From an uncultured Actinomycetota bacterium (GTDB taxonomy: Bacteria; Actinomycetota; Actinomycetes; Mycobacteriales; Pseudonocardiaceae): a DNA stretch of 64,000 nucleotides. Shown piece after piece: positions 42,324 to 53,056 of this stretch; the first letter of the stretch is position 1; the number at the start of each line of letters is the position of its first letter. Position numbers and translations under genes: made by a program. Under the pieces are notes generated by a model that saw nothing but the letters and a program-made list of their open reading frames with translations, did no database searches and was not told the origin of the DNA. The stretch lies in NCBI GenBank assembly GCA_963791185.1, contig CAWBRG010000010.1, positions 833,244-897,243 of the forward strand, in the 5' to 3' direction.

Positions 42324-43901
42324 GTGGCTACCTCGACCGTCGGCCATCTCGCGGCACAGCAGGCCCAGCCGCCCGGCCACCGACGACGACGCGGCCACCG
42401 GCGTCGAACCGATCGGCGATCCCCCCGCAGGCCCGCCCCCGGAGCCCGCCGACGTGCTCGGACCGCCCCCGCCGACCGACCGCCTCCGCGCTTTCGTCGT
42501 CACGCTCGTGCTCGGGCTGGTCGCGGCGTCCGTCCGGTTCGCGGGCCTCGGCAGCCCCACCGACGGCGGCACCCCGGTCTTCGACGAGAAGCACTACGTG
42601 CCGCAGGCGTGGCAGATGCTGCGCAACGGCGGCGTCGAGGACAACCCCGGCTTCGAGCTCGTGGTCCACCCGCCGCTCGGCAAGCAGCTCATCGCGATCG
42701 GCGAGGCGATGTTCGGCTACGACGCCGTCGGCTGGCGGTTCTCGGCCGCGCTCGCGAGCGTGCTGTGCGTCGTGCTCATCATCCGGATCGGCCGCCGCCT
42801 CACCCGCTCCACGCTGCTGGGCGCGGTCGCGGGCGTGCTGCTGATCTGCGACGGGCTGTCGCACGTCCAGGGCCGCATGGGCATGCTCGACGTCTTCTCC
42901 GCGCTGTTCGTGGTGGCCGCGTTCGCCACGCTCGTCTGCGACCGCGACGACGTCCGCGCCCGCATGGCCCGCGTCGTCGCCGAAGGCCGGGTCGGGGACT
43001 CACCGCTGGGGCCGCGGATGGGCGTGCGCTGGTGGCGGCTGGCCACCGGGGTGCTGCTCGGGCTCGGGCATCGCGGTGAAGTGGTCGGGCATCTACTGGG
43101 TCGCGGCGTTCGCCGTCCTCTCGGTGATCTGGGACCTCACCGCCCGCCGCCGCGCGGGCGTCGCCCAGCCGTGGAAGGGCACGCTGCTGCGCGACGTGCT
43201 GCCGTCCGCGTGGGCGCTCGCGCTCCTGCCGGTGGCGCGTCTATTTCGCGGACTGGGCGTTCTGGTTCGCCAGCGAGACGGCCACCGACCGCTACGCGTC
43301 CACCAACGCCTTCTCGTCGATGCTCTACTTCGAGGGCAAGGTGCTGGCCTTCCACCAGGGGCTCACCACGCAGTCGGCGGGCGCGCACCCGTGGGAGTCC
43401 AAGCCCTGGTCGTGGCCGATGGGGCTGCGGCCGATGCTCTACTACTACGCGGGCGACGGGGTCACGGGCTGCGGCGACGTCCAGTGCGTCAGCGCCGTGA
43501 TGCTCATCGGCACGCCCGCGCTGTGGTGGCCCGCGCCGTTCGTGCTGGCGCTGTCGCTGTGGCGCGTGGTCACCCGGGCCGACTGGCGCTACGGCGCGGT
43601 GCTCGTGGGCTACGCGGCGGGCATCGTGCCGTGGTTCATGGACATCGACCGCCAGATGTTCTTCTTCTACATGACGCCGGTCGTGCCGTTCCTCGTCCTC
43701 GCCACGGTGCTGGTCATGGGCGAGATCCTCGGCCGGTCGGATCTCGGGAAGGAACGGCGGCAGACCGGCCTGCTCGTCGTCGGGTTGTGGGTGGGGCTGG
43801 TGGTGGCCAACTTCGCGTGGCTGTGGCCGATCCTCACCGCCGTGCCGATCACGCCGGGCATGTGGGACGCGCAGCTGTGGCTGCCGAGCTGGCGCGCCTA
43901 A
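42324..43901 (+). CDS. pmt: Dolichyl-phosphate-mannose--protein O-mannosyltransferase; about 3 frameshifts
   Basis: PVFDEKHY, VVHPPLGKQLIA, KWSG, HPWESKPWSWP and RQMFFFY across frames; divergent from rsmI. Confidence 0.85.
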
Positions 43902-44728
43902 CCGCCGACCGCCAGCAGCACGCTCGCGCCCACCGCGAGGCCCGCCCCGCCGATCTGCAGCGCGGTGAGCCGCTCCCGCAGCACCACCCCGGCGAGCAGC
44001 GCGACCACCACCGGGTAGAGCGACACGACCACCGAGCTCACGCCCAGGTCGCCCGAGCGGGTGGCGAGCAGGAAGAACACGTTGGCGAGGGTGTCGAACA
44101 CGCCGGAGAACACGGCGAGCTTCCACGGGAACCCCGCGCCCGGGCGCAGGCCGCCGATCAGCGCGGCCACGACGACGAGCGCAGGCGCCGACGCCAGCCG
44201 TCCGACCAGCAGCGGCCACATCCCGGAGTCCGTCGGGGCCGCGTGCAGCCCGACGAAGAACAGCGCGAACCCGGCCCCCGCGCCCAGCGCCATCAGCGGG
44301 CCGATCCGACCGCCGGTGCCCGCTTTGCCGCCCGCCGTGGCCAGCACGATCGCCACCAGCGCGATGCCGATCGCCACCAGCGTGACCGGGCCGAGCCGCT
44401 CCCCGCCCAGCAGCCCCACCAGCAGCGGCAGGCCCGCGCCGACCACGGCCGACAGCGGCGCCACCACCCCCATCGGCCCCACCGCGAGCGCCCGCAGGTA
44501 CAGCAGGAGGCCGCCGGTGCCGCCCGCCGCCGCGAGCACGCCCCAGCCGACCGCCGCCCACGACAGCGTGCCGCCCGCGATCGGCATCGCGGGCAGCAGC
44601 GCCACGAGCCCGGCCACTTGCACCACGGCCGTCACGACGAAGACGGGGGCGCGGCGGGTCGCCAGGCCGCCCGCGAAGTCGGCGAGACCGTAGGAGAGCG
44701 CCCCGGGCAGGGCGAAGTACAGGGACAT
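43898..44728 (-). CDS. EamA/DMT family transporter
   Basis: About 10 TM segments; YGLADFAGG, GPMGVVAP and SLYPVVVALLA...LRERL motifs. Confidence 0.88.
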   Translation of the reverse strand: MSLYFALPGALSYGLADFAGGLATRRAPVFVVTAVVQVAGLVALLPAMPIAGGTLSWAAVGWGVLAAAGGTGGLLLYLRALAVGPMGVVAPLSAVVGAGLPLLVGLLGGERLGPVTLVAIGIALVAIVLATAGGKAGTGGRIGPLMALGAGAGFALFFVGLHAAPTDSGMWPLLVGRLASAPALVVVAALIGGLRPGAGFPWKLAVFSGVFDTLANVFFLLATRSGDLGVSSVVVSLYPVVVALLAGVVLRERLTALQIGGAGLAVGASVLLAVGG

Positions 44729-44825
44729 CGGCGTTCCGTTCAGCAAACTTGACTCGTCAGGACATCGAGATGGACGCTACGTCAGTCCACCAGAGTTGTC
44801 GATGAGGTACGGCACACTGGACGGT

Positions 44826-45446
44826 ATGCAGTCTTCGGAAGCCGTGGCGACCGCCGTCGGGCGCAACGTCCGCGCCCTGCGCCAACAGCGTCGGATGACG
44901 ATCGACGCGCTGGCCGCCGCGTCGGGCGTCAGCCGCGGCACCGTGATCCAGGTCGAGACGGCGCGCGGCAACCCGTCCATCGGCACGCTGTGCAACCTGG
45001 CGGCGGCCCTGCGGGTGGGGGTGGCTTCGCTGGTGGACGGCGACGCCGCACCGCGCGTCGTCGTCCGGCGCGGGGCCGACGCGGCGCAGCTGTGGACGAG
45101 TGCCGCGGGCAGCAGCGCGGTGTTCCGCATCGGCACCGACCCGCCCGACGTCGTCGAGCTGTGGGACTGGACGCTGCGGCCCGGCGACGGCTTCGAGGGC
45201 GAGGCGCACCCGATCGGCACCCAGGAGGTGCTCTCGGTGCTCGCCGGCACGCTGGCGCTGCGGGTGGGCGCCGCCGACCAGGTCCTCGACACCGGCGACA
45301 CCGTGCTGTTCCAGGCCCACGCCCCGCACCGCTACGCCTGCGCGGGCGACGAGCCCGTCCGCTTCGTCATGGTGGTGCTCCAACCCGGCGACGCGGGCCT
45401 GGTGCCCCCGACCGCCATCGCCGAGGCCGAGTCTCCGATCCCATGA
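44826..45446 (+). CDS. XRE-family HTH + cupin regulator
   Basis: VRALRQQRRMTIDALAAASGVSRGTVIQVE...NPS and cupin motif H...E...PHRY. Confidence 0.9.
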   Translation: MQSSEAVATAVGRNVRALRQQRRMTIDALAAASGVSRGTVIQVETARGNPSIGTLCNLAAALRVGVASLVDGDAAPRVVVRRGADAAQLWTSAAGSSAVFRIGTDPPDVVELWDWTLRPGDGFEGEAHPIGTQEVLSVLAGTLALRVGAADQVLDTGDTVLFQAHAPHRYACAGDEPVRFVMVVLQPGDAGLVPPTAIAEAESPIP

Positions 45447-45518
45447 CGGCGAGTCCCGCATTTCACGACGGCGAGTCTCCGATTCCGTGACGGCGAGCCC
45501 TGGTTTCCGTGACGGCGA
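45423..45518 (-). repeat. 22-bp-period tandem array D
   Basis: Units at 45423, 45445, 45467, 45489 and 45511 (GACGGCGAG core). Confidence 0.88.
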
Positions 45519-45810
45519 TCAGGCCGGGCCGTGGGCTGCCGTCCACGCCTGCGGGGTCAGCCGGTACTGCCGGAACACGACGCCGCCGTAGTCCACCTCG
45601 CCGTCGGGCTGGAAGCCGAGCCGGGCGACGGCGCGGTCGGGGCTGCGGGTGTGCGGCAGCGCGATGAGCACGTCGGTGAGGCCGAGCTCGGTGAACCCGC
45701 GCTGCAGTACCTCTCGGGTGCCGGGTGTTGCGCGGCTCGTTGAGCAGCGCGACCACCGCGTCGAGGGGGACCTCCGTCAGACGAACCAGGTCGATCCGCA
45801 CATCCGTCAC
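45519..45810 (-). pseudogene. GNAT acetyltransferase remnant with an internal deletion
   Basis: N-terminus MTDVRIDLVRL...LLNEPRNTRH joins out of frame to GFTELGLTDVLIALPHTRSPDRAVARLGFQPDGE. The GNAT core is missing. Confidence 0.55.
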
Positions 45811-45832
45811 GAGCCGGGGATGGTAGCCCGGA

Positions 45833-46645
45833 TCACCGCAGCCGCATGTGCCGGTTGACGTCCTTGTACAGCAGGTACCGGAACTTGCCGGGGCCGCCCG
45901 CGTAGCAGGCCTGCGGGCAGAACGCGCGCAGCCACATGAAGTCGCCCTCCTGGACCTCCACCCAGTCCTCGTTGAGCCGGTACACGGCCTTGCCTTCGAG
46001 CACGTACAAGCCGTGCTCCATGACGTGGGTCTCGGCGAACGGGATCACCGCACCGGGCTCGAACGTCACGATGGTGACGTGCATGTCGTGGCGCAGGTCC
46101 TGCGGGTCGACGAAGCGGCTCGTCTTCCAGCGCCCGTCGGTGTCGGGCATCGCGGTGGGCTCGACGTCGCGTTCGTTGGTGACGAACGCCTCGGGCGCGT
46201 CGAGGCCGTCCACCCGCTGGTAGGCCTTGCGGATCCAGTGGAAGTGCGCGAGGTCGCCGCCCTCGTTGCGGACCGACCAGTCGGCGCCCGGCGGCAGGTA
46301 GGCGTAGCCACCAGGATCGAGCTTGTGGTCGGTGCCCCCCACCGTGATCCGCAGGGCGCCCGCGGTGAGGAACAGCACCCCCTCGGCCTCCGGATCCGGC
46401 TCGGGCCGGTCGCTGCCGCCCCCGGGGGAGACCTCCATCATGTACTGGGAGAAGGTCTCGGCGAAGCCGGACAGCGGTCGGGCCAGCACCCAGAGCCGCG
46501 TGCCCTGCCAATGGGGCAGGTAGCTGGTGACGATGTCGGAGTTGGTGCCGCGCGGGATCACCGCGTAGGCCTCGCGGAACATCGCCCGGTCGCTGAGCAG
46601 CTGGGTCTGCGGCGGCAGTCCGCCGGTGGGCGTGTAGTAGCTCAT
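45833..46645 (-). CDS. allE: (S)-ureidoglycine aminohydrolase (bicupin)
   Basis: [35 protein letters not shown] and [10 protein letters not shown] motifs. Confidence 0.92.
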   Translation of the reverse strand: MSYYTPTGGLPPQTQLLSDRAMFREAYAVIPRGTNSDIVTSYLPHWQGTRLWVLARPLSGFAETFSQYMMEVSPGGGSDRPEPDPEAEGVLFLTAGALRITVGGTDHKLDPGGYAYLPPGADWSVRNEGGDLAHFHWIRKAYQRVDGLDAPEAFVTNERDVEPTAMPDTDGRWKTSRFVDPQDLRHDMHVTIVTFEPGAVIPFAETHVMEHGLYVLEGKAVYRLNEDWVEVQEGDFMWLRAFCPQACYAGGPGKFRYLLYKDVNRHMRLR

Positions 46646-47961
46646 GCTTCTCCTCGGCGGATCAGGCGGCCGTGCGGCTCGCGGTCGGTGACCGGGGTGC
46701 CGCGCAGCCAGGTGCGCCGCACCACGCCCGCGAGGGCCCGGTCGGCGTAGGGCGTGACGGGGTTGCGGTGGTAGAGCCGCCCCGGGTTGACGACGAAGGC
46801 GGCGTCCGGCGCGAACGCGACGAGGTCGGCGTCGCAGCCGGGCGCGATCCGGCCCTTCCGGGTGAGGCCCGCGATCTCGGCGGGGCGCTGGGCCATCCAG
46901 CGCACGACGTCGGCGAGGCCGTGCCCGCGTCGCCGCGCCTCCGTCCACACGGCGGGCAGGCCGATCTGCAGCGACGAGATGCCGCCCCAGGCCGTGCCGA
47001 AGTCACCGTGGTCGAGGCCCTTCAGCTCGGGCACGCAGGGCGAGTGGTCGGAGACGACGATGTCGATGTCGCCGCGCCCGAGCGCCGCCCAGAGGTCCTC
47101 GCGGTTGTCGGCCTCGCGGATGGGCGGGCAGCACTTGAACTGGGTGGCGCCCGCGGCGATCGACGCCGCCTCGAAGACGAGGTAGTGCGGGCACGTCTCG
47201 ACGGTGAAGGCGATCCCGTCGCGCCGAGCCGAGCGCAGCATCGGCACCGCGTCCGAGCTGGACAGGTGCAGCAGGTGCACGGCGGCCCCGGTGTGCCGGG
47301 CGGCCTCGATGAGCTCCGCGATGGCGAGGTTCTCGACGCCGCGCGGACGGGAGGCGAGGAAGTTGGCGTACTCCCGCCCGCTCGCTTCGGGGGCGCGCTC
47401 CAGCGCGTCGCCGTCCTCGGCGTGGACGATCATCATCCCGCCGAACCCGGCCAGCTCGGCGAGGTAGCGGTCGAGCTCGGTGACCGGGAGCGGCGGGAAC
47501 TCGTCCACACCGGACGGCGCGAGGAAGCACTTGAAGCCGAACACGCCCTCGTCGTGCAGGCCGCGCAGGTCGGCGAGGTTGCCGGGGATCGCGCCGCCCC
47601 AGAAGCCGACGTCCACGTGGCAGCGCCCGTCGGCGGACTTCCGCTTGATCTGCAGCGCCTCGACCGTGCACGTGGGCGGGATGCTGTTGAGCGGCATGTC
47701 GAGCAGGGTGGTGACGCCACCCGCCGCGGCGGCCCGGGTGGCGGTCGCGAAGCCCTCCCACTCGGTGCGGCCGGGCTCGTTGACGTGCACGTGGGTGTCG
47801 ACGAGGCCGGGCAGCAGCACCTCGTCGTCGGCGAGGTCGACGGCCTCGGTGACCGCGTCGTAGGGCTCGACGGCAGCGATCACGCCGTCGCGCACCACGA
47901 CGGCCGCCGCCGTCTCCCCGGCGGGCGTCAGGACCCGGCGGGCCCGCAGGACGAGGTCCAT
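46642..47961 (-). CDS. allB: Allantoinase
   Basis: [39 protein letters not shown] and SDHSP motifs. Confidence 0.96.
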   Translation of the reverse strand: MDLVLRARRVLTPAGETAAAVVVRDGVIAAVEPYDAVTEAVDLADDEVLLPGLVDTHVHVNEPGRTEWEGFATATRAAAAGGVTTLLDMPLNSIPPTCTVEALQIKRKSADGRCHVDVGFWGGAIPGNLADLRGLHDEGVFGFKCFLAPSGVDEFPPLPVTELDRYLAELAGFGGMMIVHAEDGDALERAPEASGREYANFLASRPRGVENLAIAELIEAARHTGAAVHLLHLSSSDAVPMLRSARRDGIAFTVETCPHYLVFEAASIAAGATQFKCCPPIREADNREDLWAALGRGDIDIVVSDHSPCVPELKGLDHGDFGTAWGGISSLQIGLPAVWTEARRRGHGLADVVRWMAQRPAEIAGLTRKGRIAPGCDADLVAFAPDAAFVVNPGRLYHRNPVTPYADRALAGVVRRTWLRGTPVTDREPHGRLIRRGEA

Positions 47962-48349
47962 CAGCTGCTCTCCTTGTAGGCACGCCAGCTGCCGTGCTCG
48001 GAGACGTCCTTGAGCCCGAGCCCGCGGCGTGGACGCCCTCGCGCAGCATCACCACGAGCGCGCTGCTGCCGTCGTCCAGCTCGACCACGCTGAGCTCCAG
48101 CTCGGGCGGCTCGGCGGGGATGAAGGCGTCGCGGATGACGTCGAGGGGCACGTCGTACAGCTCGCCCTCGATGCTCACCCCGTCCTCGGCCACCGGCCAG
48201 AGCGCCGGGAACTCGTCGCGGACGGAGAAGAAGCGGTAGCGGGGCGCGGTGCGGGCGGTGCCGAGGAACGGGTGTGCCTCGATGGTGTGGTGCACGCGGC
48301 CGCCGCGCATGCCGTCGCCGTTGACGAAGAGCGGCACGGTGGTGGTCAT
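47961..48349 (-). CDS. Stand-alone allophanate-hydrolase C-terminal / gamma-glutamylcyclotransferase-fold protein; frameshift near 48020
   Basis: [10 protein letters not shown]...[16 protein letters not shown]...IEGELYDVP...[15 protein letters not shown], then [11 protein letters not shown] in a shifted frame. Start and stop overlap both neighbours. Confidence 0.75.
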
Positions 48350-49480
48350 GTGTCCTCCTTGAGCCAGTCGCGGGCGAGGGTGCGCGCGAGCTCCTGCAGC
48401 AGCGGGCCCGCCTCGGTGAAGCAGCGGTCGGGGTCGGACTCGATGTCGGTGAGGGCGTAGGCGCGGCGGATGCCCGCGCCCGCGATCTGGTCGGCGGTGA
48501 GGGCCACCCGGCCGGAGACGGTGACGACCGGGATCCCGGCCTCCCGGGCCGCGGCCGCCACGCCCGCGGGGGTCTTGCCGCTGAGGGTCTGGGTGTCGAG
48601 CGAGCCCTCGCCGGTGACGACGAGGCCCGGCGCCCGCGAGGTGGTCGGCGAACCCGACGAGGTCGAGCACGAGGCCGATGCCCGACTTGAGCTCGGCGCC
48701 GAGCACGGCCATGGCCGCGAACCCGACCCCGCCCGCGGCGCCCGCCCCGGCCCGGTCCCGCGAAGCGCCACCGCCTGCCACGGCGGCCTCGACGACGTCG
48801 GCCCAGCGGGCCAGCGCGGCGTCCAGCGCCTCCACGTCCGATGGCGAGGCGCCCTTCTGCGGCCCGTACACCGCGGCCGCGCCGTTCGGGCCGAGCAGCG
48901 GGTTGTCGACGTCGCTCGCCACCACCACGCGGGTCTCGGCGAGCGCCGGGTGCAGGCCGGAGAGGTCGAGCCGGGCCAGGTCCGCGAGCGCGGCGCCACC
49001 TCGCCCCAGTTCCTGCCCGTCAGAGGAGAGGAGCCGGGCGCCGAGCGCCTGCAGCATCCCCGCCCCGCCGTCGGTGCTCGCGCTGCCGCCGATGCCCAGC
49101 ACGATCTCCCGGCAGCCGTGGTCGAGCGCGGCCCGCACCACCTCACCGGTGCCGTACGAGCTCGCGCCCAGCGCGTCGAGCCGGTCGGGCATCAGCAGCG
49201 CGAGCCCGGACACGTCGGCCATCTCGACGACGGCCACGTCGTCGCGCGCCGCGAACGCCGTGGTCACCGGCTCGCCGGTGGGTCCCTGCGCCCGCACCTC
49301 GACCCGCGTGTACCCGGCGGCGACGGCGGCGTCGAGCGTGCCGTCGCCGCCGTCGGCCACGGGGACCTGCTCGACCTCGACGCCCGGCGCCTCGGCGCCG
49401 ATCCCCGCCGCCACCCGCGCGGCGACCTCCCGCGCGGTCAGCGATCCCTTGAACTTGTCCGGAGCCACCAAGACGCGCAT
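48346..49480 (-). CDS. glxK: Glycerate kinase; frameshift near 48630
   Basis: APDKFKGSL, ADGGDGT, GGSASTDGG and GAAGG, then VTGEGSLDTQTLSGK in the next frame. Confidence 0.9.
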
Positions 49481-49483
49481 GGC

Positions 49484-51253
49484 TCAGTCAAGCAGGGCGA
49501 TGGCCGTCGGCGCGTGCTCGTCGAGCGTGGCGAGCTCCTCGAACTCCACCACGTTGTCCAGCTCGGTGCCCATCGCGATGTTCGTGACGCGCTCCAGGAT
49601 GATCTCGACCAGCACCGGCACCCGGAACTCGGCCATCAGCTTCTTGGCCTCCTCGAACGCCGACGCGATGTCCTCGGGCCGCTCCACGCGCACGGCCTTG
49701 CAGCCGAGGCCTTCGGCCACCTTCACGTGGTCGACGCCGTAGCCCTGCAGCTCCGGGCTGTTGACGTTGTCGAACGCCAGCTGCACGCAGTAGTCCATCT
49801 CGAACCCGCGCTGCGACTGCCGGATCAGCCCCAGGTAGGAGTTGTTGACGACGACGTGGATGTAGGGCAGGTGGAACTGCGCCCCCACGGCCATCTCCTC
49901 GAGGAGGAACTGGAAGTCGTAGTCGCCCGAGAGCGCCACCACCGGCGTGTCCGGGTCGGCCGCGGCCACCCCCAGCGCCGCGGGCAGCGTCCAGCCCAGC
50001 GGGCCCGCCTGCCCGGCGTTGATCCAGTGCCGCGGCTCGAAGACGTGCAGGAACTGGCCGCCCGCGATCTGCGACAGGCCGATCGTCGACACGTAGCGGG
50101 TGTCGCGGCCGAACGTGCGGTTCATCTCCTCGTACACCCGCTGCGGCTTCACGGGGACGTTGTCGAAGTGCGTGCGCCGCAGCATCGAGAGCTTGCGCTT
50201 GGCGCACTGCTCGACCCAACCGCCGTAGTCCCGCAGCCTGCCCTTGCGCTCCCGGGCCACCTCGACGAACAGCTCCAGCGCCGCACCCGCGTCGGACACG
50301 ATCCCGTAGTCCGGCGGGAACACCCGGCCGATCTGGGTGGGCTCGATGTCGACGTGCACGAACTTCCGGCCGCGCCGGTAGAGGTCCAGCCCGCCGGTGT
50401 GCCGGTTGGCCCACCGGTTGCCGATGCCGAGCACGAAGTCCGACGCCAGGAAGGTGGCGTTGCCGTACTGGTGCGAGGTCTGCAGCCCCACCATGCCCGC
50501 CATCAGCCGGTGGTCGTCGGGGATGGCGCCCCAGCCCATCAGGGTCGGGATCACCGGCACGTCGAGCAGCTCGGCCAGCTCGACGAGCAGGTCGGACGCG
50601 TCGGCGTTGATGATCCCGCCACCGGCGACGATCAGCGGCGCGGCCGACTCCTGCAGCATGTCGAGGGCCTTCTCGACCTGCGCGCGGGTGGCGGTCGGCC
50701 GGTGCGGCTCCAGCGGCGCGTACGTGTCGGGGTCGAACTCGATCTCCGTCATCTGGACGTCGAACGGGAGGTCGATCAGCACCGGCCCGGGCCTGCCCGA
50801 GCGCATGAGGTGGAACGCCTTCTGGAACACGCCGGGCACCTGCGCGGCCTCCAGCACGGTGACGGCCATCTTGGTGACCGACGCGGCGATCGTCGCGATG
50901 TCGACGGCCTGGAAGTCCTCCTTGTGCAGCCGCGCGACGGGGGCCTGGCCGGTGATGGCGAGGATCGGCACGGAGTCGGCGGCCGCCGCGTACAGGCCGG
51001 TGATCATGTCCGTGCCCGCGGGGCCCGACGTGCCGACGCACACGCCGATGTTGCCCGCACGGGTGCGGGTGTAGCCGTCGGCCATGTGGGAGGCGCCCTC
51101 GACGTGGCGCGCGAGCACGTGGTCGATGGCGCCGTCGCGGCGCATCGCGGCGTAGAACGGGTTGATCGCGGCACCCGGCACGCCGAAGGCGTGGGTCACG
51201 CCCTCCGCGCGCAGGATCGCCACGGCGGCGTCCGCCGCTGTCATCCGAGCCAT
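49484..51253 (-). CDS. gcl: Glyoxylate carboligase
   Basis: [31 protein letters not shown] and SGDYDFQF motifs. Confidence 0.97.
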   Translation of the reverse strand: MARMTAADAAVAILRAEGVTHAFGVPGAAINPFYAAMRRDGAIDHVLARHVEGASHMADGYTRTRAGNIGVCVGTSGPAGTDMITGLYAAAADSVPILAITGQAPVARLHKEDFQAVDIATIAASVTKMAVTVLEAAQVPGVFQKAFHLMRSGRPGPVLIDLPFDVQMTEIEFDPDTYAPLEPHRPTATRAQVEKALDMLQESAAPLIVAGGGIINADASDLLVELAELLDVPVIPTLMGWGAIPDDHRLMAGMVGLQTSHQYGNATFLASDFVLGIGNRWANRHTGGLDLYRRGRKFVHVDIEPTQIGRVFPPDYGIVSDAGAALELFVEVARERKGRLRDYGGWVEQCAKRKLSMLRRTHFDNVPVKPQRVYEEMNRTFGRDTRYVSTIGLSQIAGGQFLHVFEPRHWINAGQAGPLGWTLPAALGVAAADPDTPVVALSGDYDFQFLLEEMAVGAQFHLPYIHVVVNNSYLGLIRQSQRGFEMDYCVQLAFDNVNSPELQGYGVDHVKVAEGLGCKAVRVERPEDIASAFEEAKKLMAEFRVPVLVEIILERVTNIAMGTELDNVVEFEELATLDEHAPTAIALLD

Positions 51254-51350
51254 GGTTTGCTTCCTTCGTCATCGCCCGTTCGACACGCCGGGCAGGTTTC
51301 GGGCAGGCGGAGGTGGCAGCAGGTGACCCTGCTGCCCTCCGGTGGGGGGC

Positions 51351-52235
51351 TCAGCGCCCCGACAGCTCCTGGGTGAGCTTCAGCAGGCCGGAGTGGTCCA
51401 GCCCGCCGTCGCCGCGGGCCACCATGGCCGCGACGAGCTGGGCGACCACCGCGCCGAGCGGGATGGTGACGCCCGCCTCGCGGGCGGCGGAGGTCACGAT
51501 GCCCATGTCCTTGTGGTGCAGCGCGAGGCGGAAACCGGGCTTGAACTCGCCTGCCAGCATGTTGTCGCCCTTGCGGGCCAGCACGGTGCTGCCCGCGAGG
51601 CCGCCGCCGAGCACCTCCAGCGCCGAGCGCATGTCGACGCCGTAAGCGTCGAGGAACACGACCGCCTCGGCGAGCAGCTGGATGTTGCCCGCCACGATCA
51701 GCTGGTTGGCCGCCTTGACGGTCTGCCCCGAGCCTGCGGGCCCGACGTGGACGATGGTCTTGCCGACCGCGTCGAGCACCGGCCGGGCGTCCGCGAAGTC
51801 CTCGGCGGAGCCGCCGACCATGATCGAGAGACTGCCCTCGACCGCGCCCGCCTCGCCGCCGGAGACCGGCGCGTCGAGCACCCGTACGCCCGCCTCGCGG
51901 CCCGCCTCGGCCACCCGCACGGCGACGTCGGGGCGGATCGTGCTCATGTCGATGTAGAGCGCGCCCTCGCGGGCGTTGGCGAACACGCCGTCGGCGCCGC
52001 CGGTGACGTCCTCGACGTCGGGCGAGTCCGGCACCATCGTGATCACGACGTCGGCCTCAGCCACCGCGGAGGCGACGTCCTCGGCGCCGCGCCCGCCCTT
52101 CTCGACGAGCTCCTTGACCTTCTCCGGGCTCCGGTTGTACCCGACGACGTCGAACCCCGCCTTCACGAGGTTGGCCGCCATCGGCCCGCCCATGATGCCC
52201 AGCCCGATGAACGCGACGGTGGTCTGCTCCGTCAT
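51351..52235 (-). CDS. glxR: 2-hydroxy-3-oxopropionate (tartronate semialdehyde) reductase
   Basis: FIGLGIMGGPMA, DAPVSGG, GQTVKAANQ and LHHKD motifs. Confidence 0.94.
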   Translation of the reverse strand: MTEQTTVAFIGLGIMGGPMAANLVKAGFDVVGYNRSPEKVKELVEKGGRGAEDVASAVAEADVVITMVPDSPDVEDVTGGADGVFANAREGALYIDMSTIRPDVAVRVAEAGREAGVRVLDAPVSGGEAGAVEGSLSIMVGGSAEDFADARPVLDAVGKTIVHVGPAGSGQTVKAANQLIVAGNIQLLAEAVVFLDAYGVDMRSALEVLGGGLAGSTVLARKGDNMLAGEFKPGFRLALHHKDMGIVTSAAREAGVTIPLGAVVAQLVAAMVARGDGGLDHSGLLKLTQELSGR

Positions 52236-53029
52236 CACCGCTTCCCTTCCAACCAGCCGAAGGACTCCGCACTGGGCCCTTCGGGGACGTATTCGAGTGC
52301 AATGCGGCCGTCGTAGCCGGTGGCCGCGATCTTCGCGATCCACCGCTCGATCGGCAGGCCGCCGGTGCCGGGCTGGTGGCGGCCGGGGGCGTCGGCGATC
52401 TGCACGTGCCCGAACCGGCCGCCCTCGATCGCGGCGTCGACGTCGTCGCCGTTGACGGAGAGGTGGTAGACGTCCAGCAGCAGCCGGAGGTTGTCCTCCC
52501 CCGCCCGGTCGACCGCGGCGAGCGCGTCGGCCGCGGTGAGCAGCGGGTAGCGCGGCGCGCCGCTCACCGGCTCGACGAGCACGGTGCCGCCGATGCGCTT
52601 GGCGGCGCGGGCGGCGATCGCGAGGTTCTCGGCGCCGAGCTCGTCCTGCTCCGCGGCGCTGACGCCCTCGACGCGGTTGCCGTACAACGCGTTGAACGCC
52701 CGGCAGCCCAGCCGCTCGGCGATGCCGACGGCGACCTCGACGTTGTCGCGGAACTCGCCGCTCCGCGCGGGCCACGACACGAGGCCGCGGTCGCCGCCCG
52801 GCATGTCACCCGCGGCGAAGTTGAGCCCGATGAGCTGCACACCGGCGTCGGTGACGGCCGCGACGAACTCGTCGATCTCCGCGTCGCCCGGCACGGCCAC
52901 CGGCCAGGGCCACCAGAACTCCACCGCGTCGAAGCCCGCCTGCTTGGCCGCGGCGGGCCGTTCGAGCAGGGGGAGCTCGGTGAAGAGGATCGAGCAGTTG
53001 ACCGCGTACACCTTCAGCCTTTCCGTCAT
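52235..53029 (-). CDS. hyi: Hydroxypyruvate isomerase
   Basis: NCSILFTE, AVEFWWP and HVQIADAPGRHQPGTG motifs. Confidence 0.92.
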   Translation of the reverse strand: MTERLKVYAVNCSILFTELPLLERPAAAKQAGFDAVEFWWPWPVAVPGDAEIDEFVAAVTDAGVQLIGLNFAAGDMPGGDRGLVSWPARSGEFRDNVEVAVGIAERLGCRAFNALYGNRVEGVSAAEQDELGAENLAIAARAAKRIGGTVLVEPVSGAPRYPLLTAADALAAVDRAGEDNLRLLLDVYHLSVNGDDVDAAIEGGRFGHVQIADAPGRHQPGTGGLPIERWIAKIAATGYDGRIALEYVPEGPSAESFGWLEGKR

Positions 53030-53056
53030 GCGAAATTCTTGTTTCGCTCTACGATA
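53021..53056. promoter_or_regulatory. Paired IclR-type operators at the hyi start
   Basis: TTCCG-N5-CGAAA at 53021 and TTTCG-N5-CGATA at 53042. Confidence 0.6.

Noticed and set aside
45423-45518. 22-bp arrays as CRISPR arrays
   Set aside because: The variable parts are only 12 bp and homologous to each other, the core is 10 bp, and there are no cas genes or leader.
47003-49480. Apparent glycerate kinase-GGCT fusion
   Set aside because: An indel near 48630 bypasses the real glxK C-terminus. The downstream gene has its own AGGAGG RBS and ATG.
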